DNA of 64,000 bases from a virus (IMGVR_UViG_3300025098_005131), one strand, 5' to 3'. Counted from the stretch's first letter, positions 36,516 through 46,695 are shown. The notes: generated by a model from the letters alone, not told the origin. A program made the numbers and translations.

Positions 36516-37802
36516 TTATTTAATGTTAATTACGATGTCTGTTTGATCTGCATCAAACATTAGATTACAGCCAGTAGCTAATACCCAACATCTTTTAAGA
36601 CCTCTAGATATTGAAGGTTTTGGAGCACCACCATCAGTTAAAACAATATAACCATCAAACTTTTTCCTGTTTTTGATTGCATGTTTTGTAACCGATTCAA
36701 AACTTGTTCCGCCTGTGAGTGTTCTTTGCATGTCGGGTCTCGTGTTCTTCTTCCAAAGAAAAGATGATTTTTCATCTACGACATGATCAAACTTATATAC
36801 ATAAAAGTCTGTCCTATTTGATAAATTATCTAACTCTGAATAGAACTTCATTAGCTCTTGGTTTGAAACAGATCCACTTTCGTCAATATAAACAGCAATC
36901 ATAGGCTTGTAAACTTTCTTAAAACCTGCATGAATACCTGGATATTTTCTATTAAGCTTTCTAACTGATGATCTTCTATCATCTCTTCTTGTAAATCCAC
37001 AAAATCTTTTTAGTAATGATTCCCATTTAATTTCGTTAGAAAGCATCTTCATAATTTCTTGACGCATTTCTGAAGATACAGATCCCCAGTTTCTATTATT
37101 AGCTTCTTCTGCAGCCTCTTTTACTATTTCTTTAATTTTACCGGAGATCATTTCTCTTTCAGCTTCAGATATTTCGTCCCAGCCTTCATGATCATCAAAG
37201 CCTAAACTTATCATTTTTTCTTGATCTTCGAGAAAATCCTTGACATCATTATCACTCATTAACTTTTCAAAATAATATTCAGAAGTCTTATTAATAGGCA
37301 TACTTTCGATAAGACTAGAAAGCTTCATAAAAGTTTTTAACTCTTTGTCAGACATCTGTTCTTTTTGATCCGAAGAAATTTTTAAAGCAAAGCCTGGAAT
37401 TAGTCCTCCTTCTGGCAGTTCATTTCTTGGTATGGTAGAATTGATTGCCAAGTCTGTGCCATAGTTCCAAATAATATGAGGATCGCGTCTTCTCTCTGTT
37501 GTATGACCAAACACTAGATGTAGACACTCATGCTTTAGCAATCCACCAATATGTTTCTTAGGGAGACCTGCTAAAAACTCTCTGTTCCACCATAAAGTAA
37601 TTTCTGACTCGTGCGTAGAAACACCAGCAGTTGGTATTGCTATTGACTCGATCTTGTTTAGTGATCTTAAAATCCTGCTATAAAAGGGTTCATTCCAAAG
37701 AAAATCAACTAGATGACTAGTTAGTTCAAAGTTATCAATGTTTTCTTGTGATACCTTGTTTTTCTTTAGTATGCTGTTATTATTTTCTTTTTTGTTTCCC
37801 AT
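36516..37802 (-). CDS. HExxH metallopeptidase-like + vWA domain protein
   Basis: LKHECLH, DLAIN, IDESGSV, GGT.F, LTDG. Confidence 0.85.
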   Translation of the reverse strand: MGNKKENNNSILKKNKVSQENIDNFELTSHLVDFLWNEPFYSRILRSLNKIESIAIPTAGVSTHESEITLWWNREFLAGLPKKHIGGLLKHECLHLVFGHTTERRRDPHIIWNYGTDLAINSTIPRNELPEGGLIPGFALKISSDQKEQMSDKELKTFMKLSSLIESMPINKTSEYYFEKLMSDNDVKDFLEDQEKMISLGFDDHEGWDEISEAEREMISGKIKEIVKEAAEEANNRNWGSVSSEMRQEIMKMLSNEIKWESLLKRFCGFTRRDDRRSSVRKLNRKYPGIHAGFKKVYKPMIAVYIDESGSVSNQELMKFYSELDNLSNRTDFYVYKFDHVVDEKSSFLWKKNTRPDMQRTLTGGTSFESVTKHAIKNRKKFDGYIVLTDGGAPKPSISRGLKRCWVLATGCNLMFDADQTDIVINIK

Positions 37803-37891
37803 AAAAAATATCCTTTATGAATCTTAAATGCCTTATAGTTTATTATAACACAAAGATAATCTTGAATACACTTAAGTGATGACTAGGTGTT

Positions 37892-38974
37892 TTACTTACC
37901 TAATATGTCTCTATTGTTGTTTACAATCTCAACTACATATTGGCCAACTTCTTTATGGAAGTTCTGAATTGTTTTTATGTTTTTCCCTTTAGTAATACAA
38001 GACCAGAAGTGAATCATCATTTCTTCGGAAATAGACTTACCTAACTTAGCTGCGTTCTTAGCTTGTGAAACTGTCCAGTCATTTGTAGCACCATGTTCAC
38101 CTAATCTTTCAATTAAAGAATTGATTCTATCGTTAGACATTGCTTCAATCTTTTCTTTACATTTTGCAAATGATCTAAGAAGCTCTTCAGGTGTTACTAC
38201 AACTTCGTATTTTTTAACAAAATCAGTAAATTCAATTGCTGCCTCATTACCAATGAAACCAATTGCTGTGTTATAGATGTCAAACGTATCTCTATCTTCC
38301 ATGAGTATAGTATTAGTATGTTTTAAAACCTCGTCAAATCTTGCCCAAGAAGCAGGAGTTGGAAATACCTGTCCTGGTTTGACCTTGTTGAGGTTAACAA
38401 AAAGATGTGATTTTCTTGTCTTAAGAAATTCTAAAATCATTGGGTCAACATTTTTAGATTTAGCCCATGTCATCCAGTCATTTTTTGAAGGTTCAATATC
38501 AATAGTCCAAAATCGTCTTAAAAGAGCTGGGTCCATTTCATTAACATCATATTCATTACCATGATTAACTGCTGCAATAATTCTGGTTTCTGGATGAATG
38601 TTATAAGCATTTCCTTCTTCATCATTACCAAGACAGCGATCCAATACAATTTGGAAAAATGATTGTTGTACAGCAGGTAAACCTCGATTTAATTCATCTA
38701 AAAACAAAACAACTGGTTCTTTGCAGGCTCTAACAAACCATGAAGGCATACAAAACGTCATTACACCTTTTGATTTCATGCCTTCGATATCAGGATAGCC
38801 TTGAACATCACCTTCAGACATAATAGATGCTCGAACATCAATAAGAGGTAGTGAAACGTCTCCAGCAATTTGATTTGCTAGTGCAGACTTTCCAATACCA
38901 GTTCCACCTCGCATAAGAATTGAAATGTGTGGAGGGAGATTAGGAGCTACTTTAAGAAAATTATTAATATTCAA
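37892..38974 (-). CDS. MoxR-like AAA+ ATPase
   Basis: GGTGIGKS, LFLDELNR, DPALLRRF, PTPASW. Confidence 0.9.
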   Translation of the reverse strand: MNINNFLKVAPNLPPHISILMRGGTGIGKSALANQIAGDVSLPLIDVRASIMSEGDVQGYPDIEGMKSKGVMTFCMPSWFVRACKEPVVLFLDELNRGLPAVQQSFFQIVLDRCLGNDEEGNAYNIHPETRIIAAVNHGNEYDVNEMDPALLRRFWTIDIEPSKNDWMTWAKSKNVDPMILEFLKTRKSHLFVNLNKVKPGQVFPTPASWARFDEVLKHTNTILMEDRDTFDIYNTAIGFIGNEAAIEFTDFVKKYEVVVTPEELLRSFAKCKEKIEAMSNDRINSLIERLGEHGATNDWTVSQAKNAAKLGKSISEEMMIHFWSCITKGKNIKTIQNFHKEVGQYVVEIVNNNRDILGK

Positions 38975-39058
38975 TTTAAATTCCTTTTAAAATGAAGTTG
39001 TTTGTTATTGATTATACTTTATTATAATTTATTATTAATCTTAATTACACTTTAGAGT

Positions 39059-39394
39059 TTATAATTTGTATTGAATAACTAAAATCAAAACGCTGAGAGC
39101 AGTACAAAGTGCTGTTTTAAACGTAAAAGGTGTTTCACCTAAACACATGTAAGTTAAAATTGGATAGACAAGGTAAGATAGACCAAAAAACATAAATCTT
39201 GCAGACCAAACTGAACCATTAAAGTTGTTAACAAAATAAGTCCAAGCATAAAGATACCCGTATGCAATAGGAAGACTAAATAGGATAATGATCCAGTCTT
39301 GTTTATCTTTATAAACATCATCGATAAACTGCAAGTTCTGTTGCAAAAATGTTAATGTTGCAGCAAAAATATAAGCTGCTAAAGCATATGCCAT
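39059..39394 (-). CDS. 4-TM small membrane protein (DMT/SMR-like)
   Basis: Hydrophobic pattern, GE.PFT near the C-terminus. Confidence 0.55.
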   Translation of the reverse strand: MAYALAAYIFAATLTFLQQNLQFIDDVYKDKQDWIIILFSLPIAYGYLYAWTYFVNNFNGSVWSARFMFFGLSYLVYPILTYMCLGETPFTFKTALCTALSVLILVIQYKL

Positions 39395-39397
39395 ATA

Positions 39398-40147
39398 TTA
39401 TTTAGACCCCACTCGAGCTACTTCGTTAAAACCTTCTTTCTTAAGATCTAAGAAGAAAGTCCAACCAGCTCCGCCAAAACGATTCTTAATCGTTTCTAGA
39501 ACACGTAAACCTTTAAAGTCTTCATCTTTCTTTTCAATAGAAAGGTGTAACATTGCGTCAACCATATGCTTTAACTTTTGCGAGCCAGCCATATTACCAC
39601 TTTTATTAACCTGTCCGATACAGATAACATTAATATAATGCTCTTTAGCATAGTCAGTAAGCATTTGAAGAGACCTTACAGCAGACTGACTGTTTGTATT
39701 TTCTTCTCCATACTTACCATCATTAAGTGTTTGTAAAGAGTCAACAATGAGAAAAAACGGTTTGTTTCCTGACTTCTTTCGAAGCATATCACATTGTTTA
39801 AGAAGCCTTGGAACATATGATTCTTGCCCGGCAATAAATCCGCTTGATAGTTCTAGTCTTTCACACGTAAGCTTTACTTGATACAAGCTTTCTTCAGCAG
39901 TATTAAATAAACATGTATATCCTTGAGATGTTAAAGCGTTAGCAAGTGTAAGCATGAGTGTAGTTTTACCAGCGCCTGGTTCTCCGGTAAACAACGAAAT
40001 CGTAGAAGGAGTAAAGCCTTCACCCCCAAAAGCTGCGTCAATGTAGTCAACGCCACACGGATTTCTCTCTCTTAGTTTCCTAGGAACGCTAATGTCGAGA
40101 ATGTTTGTGCCAAAAACAATACCGTCGTTTTTTACTTTAAGTTTCAT
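39398..40147 (-). CDS. RadA/Sms-like RecA-fold ATPase (no Zn finger, no Lon domain)
   Basis: GEPGAGKTT, IVDSLQT, AGS..LKHMVDA, KNRFG. Confidence 0.85.
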   Translation of the reverse strand: MKLKVKNDGIVFGTNILDISVPRKLRERNPCGVDYIDAAFGGEGFTPSTISLFTGEPGAGKTTLMLTLANALTSQGYTCLFNTAEESLYQVKLTCERLELSSGFIAGQESYVPRLLKQCDMLRKKSGNKPFFLIVDSLQTLNDGKYGEENTNSQSAVRSLQMLTDYAKEHYINVICIGQVNKSGNMAGSQKLKHMVDAMLHLSIEKKDEDFKGLRVLETIKNRFGGAGWTFFLDLKKEGFNEVARVGSK

Positions 40148-40230
40148 TATTTAATAATCCTTTAAAAAGTGATTGTTGATTGATTATACTTAATTATATT
40201 TTATTGTTGATCTTAATTACACTTAAGAGT

Positions 40231-40569
40231 TTAAATCTGGCGTATATATCTACCATCAAACTGCTTAACTGCACCTTTAACTAGCACAAAGAAGCAGTTT
40301 TTCTCAACTCTTCTTGAAAAATATTCAAAATCAGAAACAATTAAACCTATGGACTTTTCAGTGCTGAAGTCTACTTCAACTAACTGATTAGGCTTAAACG
40401 AATATCTGATTATTTTTTTTACTTTTGCAAAATTTTCATCCTTAACAACTCTTTGCGTAGATACTTGCCTTGTTTGCTTCGACGCTTGCCTAGCAGCTTT
40501 TAAACTGTTCGGGTTAGTGTTTTGCATCTTTGATTTAAGCTCTTTAAGCTGTTTTCTAGATAATGACAT
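40231..40569 (-). CDS. hypothetical protein with C-terminal SH3-like part
   Basis: First gene after a - strand promoter. Confidence 0.6.
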   Translation of the reverse strand: MSLSRKQLKELKSKMQNTNPNSLKAARQASKQTRQVSTQRVVKDENFAKVKKIIRYSFKPNQLVEVDFSTEKSIGLIVSDFEYFSRRVEKNCFFVLVKGAVKQFDGRYIRQI

Positions 40570-40613
40570 AACAGTCTCCTTTATATAATTATTATATAAA
40601 CTTTTTAAAACAA

Positions 40614-41084
40614 TTACACACGCTTAGTATATATTATTCCTGCATTAATTTCAGAACCGTACACACTATTTAAACCGTTTCTTACATGAGACATAATACA
40701 ATCAGACATATAATCGTCAAGATCTTCTTTACCGTAAGTAAAGTTTAAGTTCTCAACAAGCTCTTTACCGTAATTCCATGCCAAAATTTCTTCATTCATT
40801 AAGTGAACAAATCCTTTTTTAGATCTAACTGTCCAAGGCATGTTCTTGTTAAAACATATTACACCTTTACGTTTAATTTGATTATCAATAATCATGTGAC
40901 CTGCTTCATGCAAAAGAGTAAAAAATCTTTCTCGATATTTTAGGTTTTGATTAATTCTAATCATGTTAAGTTGAGGATACCAGGCATCTTCTTCGTAAGG
41001 CTTTTGGATCACATTAACAAAGTAATTGTCCTTAATGTATTTAGTTAAAATATAAAATTGATTTTTGTATGTTTGAGGGTTCAT
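40614..41084 (-). CDS. HExxH metallopeptidase (ImmA/IrrE-like)
   Basis: FTLLHEAGH...EEILAW..G. Confidence 0.7.
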   Translation of the reverse strand: MNPQTYKNQFYILTKYIKDNYFVNVIQKPYEEDAWYPQLNMIRINQNLKYRERFFTLLHEAGHMIIDNQIKRKGVICFNKNMPWTVRSKKGFVHLMNEEILAWNYGKELVENLNFTYGKEDLDDYMSDCIMSHVRNGLNSVYGSEINAGIIYTKRV

Positions 41085-41144
41085 GTTGTTGTCCTTTTAT
41101 ATTATTATAAATTATATTTAAACAATTTTGCACTTATGAGTCAT

Positions 41145-41651
41145 CTAAATGTTTTTATATTTCTGGAATATTCTTCTAATCTTTTTGGTATGACTATTGA
41201 CTCCTTTAACATATCTTGAAGTATATTTGTTCTTCTTAGAACATTTGTTTGAATTATTGTAATAACAAAGTGCTTTGTTAAGTGGCTTAAACTTTTTTTT
41301 ATAATACTTTAAAGCTTTGACGCCGTGATGAAATAAATCACATTTTCGTAGTAAGCCATCTCGTTTAACAGCATTTATATTTCCTTTATTGTTGGGACAC
41401 CAAAACTCATATTTAATTTGTAGTGGTCCTACACATTTAAATTTATTAGGTTTTGATTGCTCAGTCATTCTAGACTCTTCCCAAGCAACGCCAAGTGTTA
41501 AAGGTATATCTAAATTATTATTTTTTGCTTCTTCAATTAGAATAGAACATACTGCAAGGTTTTCTTCTCGCGGTTTGTTGTCAGATAATTTATGATAAAC
41601 CTCTTCGCAAAAACTATATTGAACAGATAAAGCAATTAAAAGTTTAATCAA
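41145..41651 (-). CDS. lytic transglycosylase (SLT-like)
   Basis: Signal peptide, VAWEESR, GPLQI, AL.YYN. Confidence 0.7.
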   Translation of the reverse strand: MIKLLIALSVQYSFCEEVYHKLSDNKPREENLAVCSILIEEAKNNNLDIPLTLGVAWEESRMTEQSKPNKFKCVGPLQIKYEFWCPNNKGNINAVKRDGLLRKCDLFHHGVKALKYYKKKFKPLNKALCYYNNSNKCSKKNKYTSRYVKGVNSHTKKIRRIFQKYKNI

Positions 41652-41841
41652 AATGTTTTTGTACGTCTCCTGATCTATGTGTTTCTATTGTATCATCTTG
41701 AAATCTAATTCTATAAAAAACTTTAGCCTCAGTTGTTCCCCCAACGGTTAGTTGGTTATTTCCTTCAGTAAGGATTTCTTCTACTACTCCGATTTTGTTT
41801 ATTCTTTGCCAGTGATAAACTTTGTCGCCTCTTTTTATCAT
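41644..41841 (-). CDS. small SH3/KOW-like protein
   Basis: KRGDKVYH..IGVV..YRIRF.D. Confidence 0.6.
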   Translation of the reverse strand: MIKRGDKVYHWQRINKIGVVEEILTEGNNQLTVGGTTEAKVFYRIRFQDDTIETHRSGDVQKHFD

Positions 41842-41900
41842 TTTAATAACCTTTCGAATATGGTTTATTGTAATAAAAAAAATAAAAAATTACACTTTTA

Positions 41901-42407
41901 TTAAACAAATACGCCACAGTTAACTAATGATTGCAAAACATCTAACAAAGCCTTAGCTGATGATTCTCTGCATGTAGAACCTGAGCAATCCATCATAGGC
42001 TTAAGAAACTTATCAATATCATCTGGAGTGCCCATTAAGTGTTGAGAACAGCTATCATAAGAATCTTTACATGGAACTGTATGGATTGATTGTGCTCTTG
42101 CTTTATTATAATGATCTAGAGACTCTGGATGTTCACAGTGAAATTTAATATGATCTACATATTCTTGTGTAGTTACTTGACCATTATTATTTAAGTCAAA
42201 GTGTGAATATAAGTCTTCTGGCGTAATATGACCATCACCATCCGGGTCTAAGTCGTGATGACTATTATTATGTGGTTCGCTAACAATTTTTACATCATAT
42301 GACTCCAAGGGGTTAGCCATACAATTACAATTAGGTTTTCCACACATCAAACATACATCTAAATTTGCTCTATTTAAAAACTCTCTAATTAATTTTCTTT
42401 CACTCAT
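41901..42407 (-). CDS. EF-hand protein
   Basis: DPDGDGHITPED and DLNNNGQVTTQE loops. Leader RKLIREF. Confidence 0.75.
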   Translation of the reverse strand: MSERKLIREFLNRANLDVCLMCGKPNCNCMANPLESYDVKIVSEPHNNSHHDLDPDGDGHITPEDLYSHFDLNNNGQVTTQEYVDHIKFHCEHPESLDHYNKARAQSIHTVPCKDSYDSCSQHLMGTPDDIDKFLKPMMDCSGSTCRESSAKALLDVLQSLVNCGVFV

Positions 42408-42449
42408 AACAATCCTTTTCTATAATACTACTAATTATAACGCTTTTAG

Positions 42450-43613
42450 TTATAATTTTTCTATGAAATTTATTTGTTGTTTATCGTGAGAATCTTTTCT
42501 GCTTTTGCCTAGTTTTATTAGTTCATTCATTTTTTCTTGTGAAGAAACTTTTTCGGAAAAATTATTGCAATTTTCTTCAGCTTTGTCTGTTAAAATGTTA
42601 ATTGACTGAAAAATGGTTTTTAATCTTTTGAGAACAAAACAAGCAATATGCGCGCTATCTTTAAATATGATTCTTTCAGGCGCTGAATGGGAGATGTCTC
42701 TTTCTAAGAGTGTAGTACAATTTTCAATTGCTGTATGCATGTAAGACTTATAAAGTCTTGTAAGGCCGCATATGTTTTCTGAAAGTATTGGGTTCTTTTT
42801 GTGAGGCATTGCACTTGATCCTTTTTGTCCTTTCGAAAAAGGTTCAGACATTTCATTTACGCCATCAATACTGTATATTCTTATGTCATAAGCAATTTTT
42901 TCTGCTGCTAAAACTACTTTAAGTATTGCATAGAAGTAATCTAAAAAAACATCTCGAGGAATAATCTGTGAACTTCTTATTGGATACAAGCCTAAAGATC
43001 GAAGAGCGTTGTTTTCGTTTCGATATGAGTTGAAAGTATTATTGCCTATTACTCCTGATAATTTTCCCCATTTCAAGCCTTTTTCTACACGAGATATTTC
43101 GTCATAACCTCTTCTTAAATAGTCTATCCATCTTAAAAAGATTTCTCTATAAGTTTGTATTTCAGCAGACTTTCCATGAGTTCGACCTAATATTCTTTTT
43201 TTAGAAAAATCTGATTTTAAAACTTTGTTTAAATGATATAAAGTATCAGCGCAGTAATTGTTAACTTGCTTTAACGATTCTTTACTCATAAGAACAAGTG
43301 AAGTATCTAATATGTCTGATGATGTTAGGCCATAATGTATCCATCTTCCAGCATTACCAGGAATAGATTCTTCTAGCATTTGCACGAAAGCTTGAACGTC
43401 GTGTCTAGTTTCTGATTCTATTTCTTTCCATCTGTCGATATTAATTGATACGTTTTCCTGAATAGTTTTTAACTCTTTTTCAGTAATTGTTTTTTCAATT
43501 ATATTACCAGAAATTGACTCTAAGTGTGCCATTTCAACTTTAAGCCATGTTTTTAATTTATTTTCTGTTTTCCATATATCATGAATTTCTTGTACTTTAT
43601 AACGTGGTATCAT
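42450..43613 (-). CDS. purB: adenylosuccinate lyase
   Basis: HDVQAFV, HYGLTSSD, GRTHG, SSAMPHKKNP signature. Confidence 0.95.
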   Translation of the reverse strand: MIPRYKVQEIHDIWKTENKLKTWLKVEMAHLESISGNIIEKTITEKELKTIQENVSINIDRWKEIESETRHDVQAFVQMLEESIPGNAGRWIHYGLTSSDILDTSLVLMSKESLKQVNNYCADTLYHLNKVLKSDFSKKRILGRTHGKSAEIQTYREIFLRWIDYLRRGYDEISRVEKGLKWGKLSGVIGNNTFNSYRNENNALRSLGLYPIRSSQIIPRDVFLDYFYAILKVVLAAEKIAYDIRIYSIDGVNEMSEPFSKGQKGSSAMPHKKNPILSENICGLTRLYKSYMHTAIENCTTLLERDISHSAPERIIFKDSAHIACFVLKRLKTIFQSINILTDKAEENCNNFSEKVSSQEKMNELIKLGKSRKDSHDKQQINFIEKL

Positions 43614-43792
43614 TTTTTCTCTTTATATTTTTCTATAGTTTCTGTTGGCAATTCAACTATTTGTTTACCTAATAATATTTCTGACAGGCTTTTAGTTTTT
43701 CTGTAAACTTCATTTATACCATACTTGATAGTTACAGGTGAATCATAGTCAAATTTATTAATAACAAGATCACCATGTTTTAACTTGCCCAA
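43610..43792 (-). CDS. small hypothetical protein
   Basis: Overlaps both purA and purB. Confidence 0.5.
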   Translation of the reverse strand: MGKLKHGDLVINKFDYDSPVTIKYGINEVYRKTKSLSEILLGKQIVELPTETIEKYKEKK

Positions 43793-44976
43793 ACTATTTC
43801 GCCTCTTTTAGGGCCAGTTGTATATGATATCTTATTGACTCCAGTATGTATCTCTATCTGATTTAATAATTCTGTAAAACCTGGATCAAAAGCACTTACT
43901 GTATTGATTTTAGATAACAAATAGCTTCTGCCATGAACAAACAAACTAGGTCTTTCGATATGCGTCATAACATCAGTTTTGACTACACATAAATGATCAA
44001 CACCATTTTGTTGAACAGCTCGTTTAACTTCGTCTAAATCAAGCCAGCCACATTGTCTTGGGCGACCTGTAGTTGCTCCGAACTCTTGACCAACTTCAGA
44101 AAGAACTTTTTCTTGGCCGTCTGATATTATACTTGGGAAATCGCCAGATCCAACTTTAGTTTTATAAGATTTTATAACACCAATTACCTCATCTATCTGC
44201 TTATGACTTAAACCTGTAGAATTTAAGGCACCACCTACAGAAGGTGCTGATGATGTAACATCTGGATAGTTATTTGAAAATATGTTGAGACCACTGCCTT
44301 GCGCGCCTTCTAGTAAGATATTATAGTCTTTTTTATAATAATCTTGTAGCACATTTTCATTGTTGAGACGATATAGACCAAGTATTTCAGACATTTCTTT
44401 ATATTTTAAAACCCAATTATTAAACAAGTCAAAATCTGGTTTGAGTTCTTTTAAACTTTCTCCATCTTGTGCTCTCTTTTCTTGTAAGTCAAAAAACTTT
44501 GATTGAATCTTTATAAGAGATTCTTCTGGAGAATCTACGATGTCTTTTACAAGAATAGAATCTCTAGCGTAAAAATCAGAGTAAGCAGGGCCAATTCCTT
44601 TAGCAGTTGTGCCTAGTTTCTTTTGATATTTAAGTCTGTCAATAATTTTATGTGTTGGCTCTATTATTGGGCAGTAACCAGAAACTGAAAGGTTTATGCC
44701 GGGTTTTACATTAAGGCCAGCAACTTCTTGACAAAATTCTTCTATGTCTACAACACAACCTCTTGCAATTATATTAATTACTTCTTTTGAAAGAACGCCG
44801 ACAGGCAAGATGTGTGTAACAAATTTATTTCCTCTTCTATCATAGACAGTATGTCCTGCATTTCCTCCTCCTTGAAATCTTACGACAACGTCAGCCCAAG
44901 TTTGAACTAAATCATCAACTACTCTACCTTTACCTTCGTCTCCGTGCTGGAGACCTAATACTAATTTTGTTGGCAT
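43780..44976 (-). CDS. purA: adenylosuccinate synthetase
   Basis: GDEGKG, RFQGGGNAGHT, GTT..GIGPAY, LEGAQG, GATTGRPR. Confidence 0.95.
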   Translation of the reverse strand: MPTKLVLGLQHGDEGKGRVVDDLVQTWADVVVRFQGGGNAGHTVYDRRGNKFVTHILPVGVLSKEVINIIARGCVVDIEEFCQEVAGLNVKPGINLSVSGYCPIIEPTHKIIDRLKYQKKLGTTAKGIGPAYSDFYARDSILVKDIVDSPEESLIKIQSKFFDLQEKRAQDGESLKELKPDFDLFNNWVLKYKEMSEILGLYRLNNENVLQDYYKKDYNILLEGAQGSGLNIFSNNYPDVTSSAPSVGGALNSTGLSHKQIDEVIGVIKSYKTKVGSGDFPSIISDGQEKVLSEVGQEFGATTGRPRQCGWLDLDEVKRAVQQNGVDHLCVVKTDVMTHIERPSLFVHGRSYLLSKINTVSAFDPGFTELLNQIEIHTGVNKISYTTGPKRGEIVWAS

Positions 44977-45632
44977 TAATTTTCTTTCTCTTCAGAATAA
45001 TCAAAGTTATTTGTTTCACCTAACAATTCGTAAGTCTCATGTGAAAATTCTCTTGGTTTGTCAAAAACTTTAAAGTCAGGTTTTTTAGGATTTTCATAGC
45101 CAAGAGAGCTATGATTCCATAAAATCTTATTATTCGGGCCACAACACAAAACGCCTAATTCGTCTTCAAAGAAAAAGTTTTTTTGCTTATGCTCTGTCCA
45201 AAATTTTGATTCTGTATAGTCAACTGAATTATTTATCTCAGGCGGTTTAAAATCAACTGTAAAGGTGTATCTTCCTCTTAGCAAAGCTTTGTTTCTATTT
45301 TTCATTGTAACATCAACGTTTTTTAAAAATGCTTTTTGATAAATTTCAGCGCTGTCTGTTATACAATCCCACCAAGCAACATCTGTTAAATCGATTTTTA
45401 CATTTGGACTTTCTTCTTTGTTGAATATTGCGCATTGTAATATTTTATCATAACAAGCATTATATTCAGGCATATAAGCTTCAAACAAAGGAGGTTCGTA
45501 CCTTGTGAATCTAACACCTACAAGGTAAGCCTCAATCATATTATGATCTTTTGCCCAAATAAAATTGCTTGAGCCTTTTAAAAAAGATTCTTTAATCCAC
45601 ACTTTTTCGTATGGTAAATTTAAATACATCAT
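44976..45632 (-). CDS. hypothetical phage protein
   Basis: WDC, Y.FT.D, EHK, PNN..W motifs. Embedded in the purine operon. Confidence 0.7.
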   Translation of the reverse strand: MMYLNLPYEKVWIKESFLKGSSNFIWAKDHNMIEAYLVGVRFTRYEPPLFEAYMPEYNACYDKILQCAIFNKEESPNVKIDLTDVAWWDCITDSAEIYQKAFLKNVDVTMKNRNKALLRGRYTFTVDFKPPEINNSVDYTESKFWTEHKQKNFFFEDELGVLCCGPNNKILWNHSSLGYENPKKPDFKVFDKPREFSHETYELLGETNNFDYSEEKEN

Positions 45633-45633
45633 G

Positions 45634-46695
45634 TTATTTTTTCCTGTTAAAAATATGAGGATTACCTTCTACATGTGAAGAAGATGTTTGCTTTCGAAAT
45701 ACTGCATTGTCTATAAGCTCTTGTAAAGTATTTGCACCGCTATAAGACATTCCACTTCTTACATTTGACATTATCTCATTAATCACCTTTGAAGTAGTAC
45801 CTTTGTAAGGGACAAATGAAGCGACGCCTTCGATTGAGTTGTATGTGCCTTTCCAGTTTTTCTGTGCTGCTTTTGAAGCCATTCCGTTATAACGCTTTAA
45901 CTTTTTACCGTCTTGAGTTATTGTTTTTCCTGGCGTTTCTCTTGTTCCACTTAACATAGAACCAAGCATAACAAAATCTGCGCCTGCTGCTAATGACTTA
46001 ACAATATCACCACTATTTTTAATACCACCATCAGCAACAATATAAGGCACTAAACAATCTTTACTGTTATTTAATAGATCTTGTTTTGCCTCATAACAAT
46101 CAAGTATTGCCTGAAATGTTGGTATTCCGTGTCCTGTCTGGATTCTTGTTGTACAAATACTTCCACTCCCTACAGATGTTCGAACAGCATGCGCGCCTGC
46201 CAATGCTAAACGTTTATACGCATGACCTGTAGCAACGTTTCCTGCCATGACAAATAGATGTGGATATTCACTCCTGATAAATTCTATTGCTTTTTCCATA
46301 AGAATATGATCACCGTGAGCAATGTCAATACAGACAATACTTAAATCATTTCTAGAAAGCTCTGATAATCTTTCTTTGTAATCTCCAGTTGCACCAATCG
46401 CTGCAGCTCTATAATCTCTATGATTAACATATCCTAAGAGTTTTGCTTGAAACTCAATTGTATTATACCTGTGAATAATACCTAGTCCACCTTGACTGAT
46501 CATCGCATTAGACATATGCGCTTCAGTTACTGTTGACATAGGAGAGCTGATAATTGGTATTTTAAATTTTAAATTCTTGCCAGAATATTTTACATTAACA
46601 CAAGTATCAATATTCTTTCTAGTTATTAACTCTGAGTATTGAGGTTCTAAAATTACATCATCAAAACTTAATACTTCTTTTTTATTAATTCTCAT
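45634..46695 (-). CDS. IMPDH/GMP reductase family, CBS-less, GMP reductase favoured
   Basis: LSFDDV, DIAHG, GNVAT, GSICTTR, ADGG, GMAS. Flap lacks the Arg-Tyr dyad. Confidence 0.85.
   Translation of the reverse strand: MRINKKEVLSFDDVILEPQYSELITRKNIDTCVNVKYSGKNLKFKIPIISSPMSTVTEAHMSNAMISQGGLGIIHRYNTIEFQAKLLGYVNHRDYRAAAIGATGDYKERLSELSRNDLSIVCIDIAHGDHILMEKAIEFIRSEYPHLFVMAGNVATGHAYKRLALAGAHAVRTSVGSGSICTTRIQTGHGIPTFQAILDCYEAKQDLLNNSKDCLVPYIVADGGIKNSGDIVKSLAAGADFVMLGSMLSGTRETPGKTITQDGKKLKRYNGMASKAAQKNWKGTYNSIEGVASFVPYKGTTSKVINEIMSNVRSGMSYSGANTLQELIDNAVFRKQTSSSHVEGNPHIFNRKK

Noticed and set aside
43780-44976. PurZ / 2-aminoadenine (Z-genome) pathway
   Set aside because: The catalytic motif is GDEGKG, with Asp as in PurA. 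PurZ has Ser at that position. No DatZ/MazZ-like gene is seen in this window.
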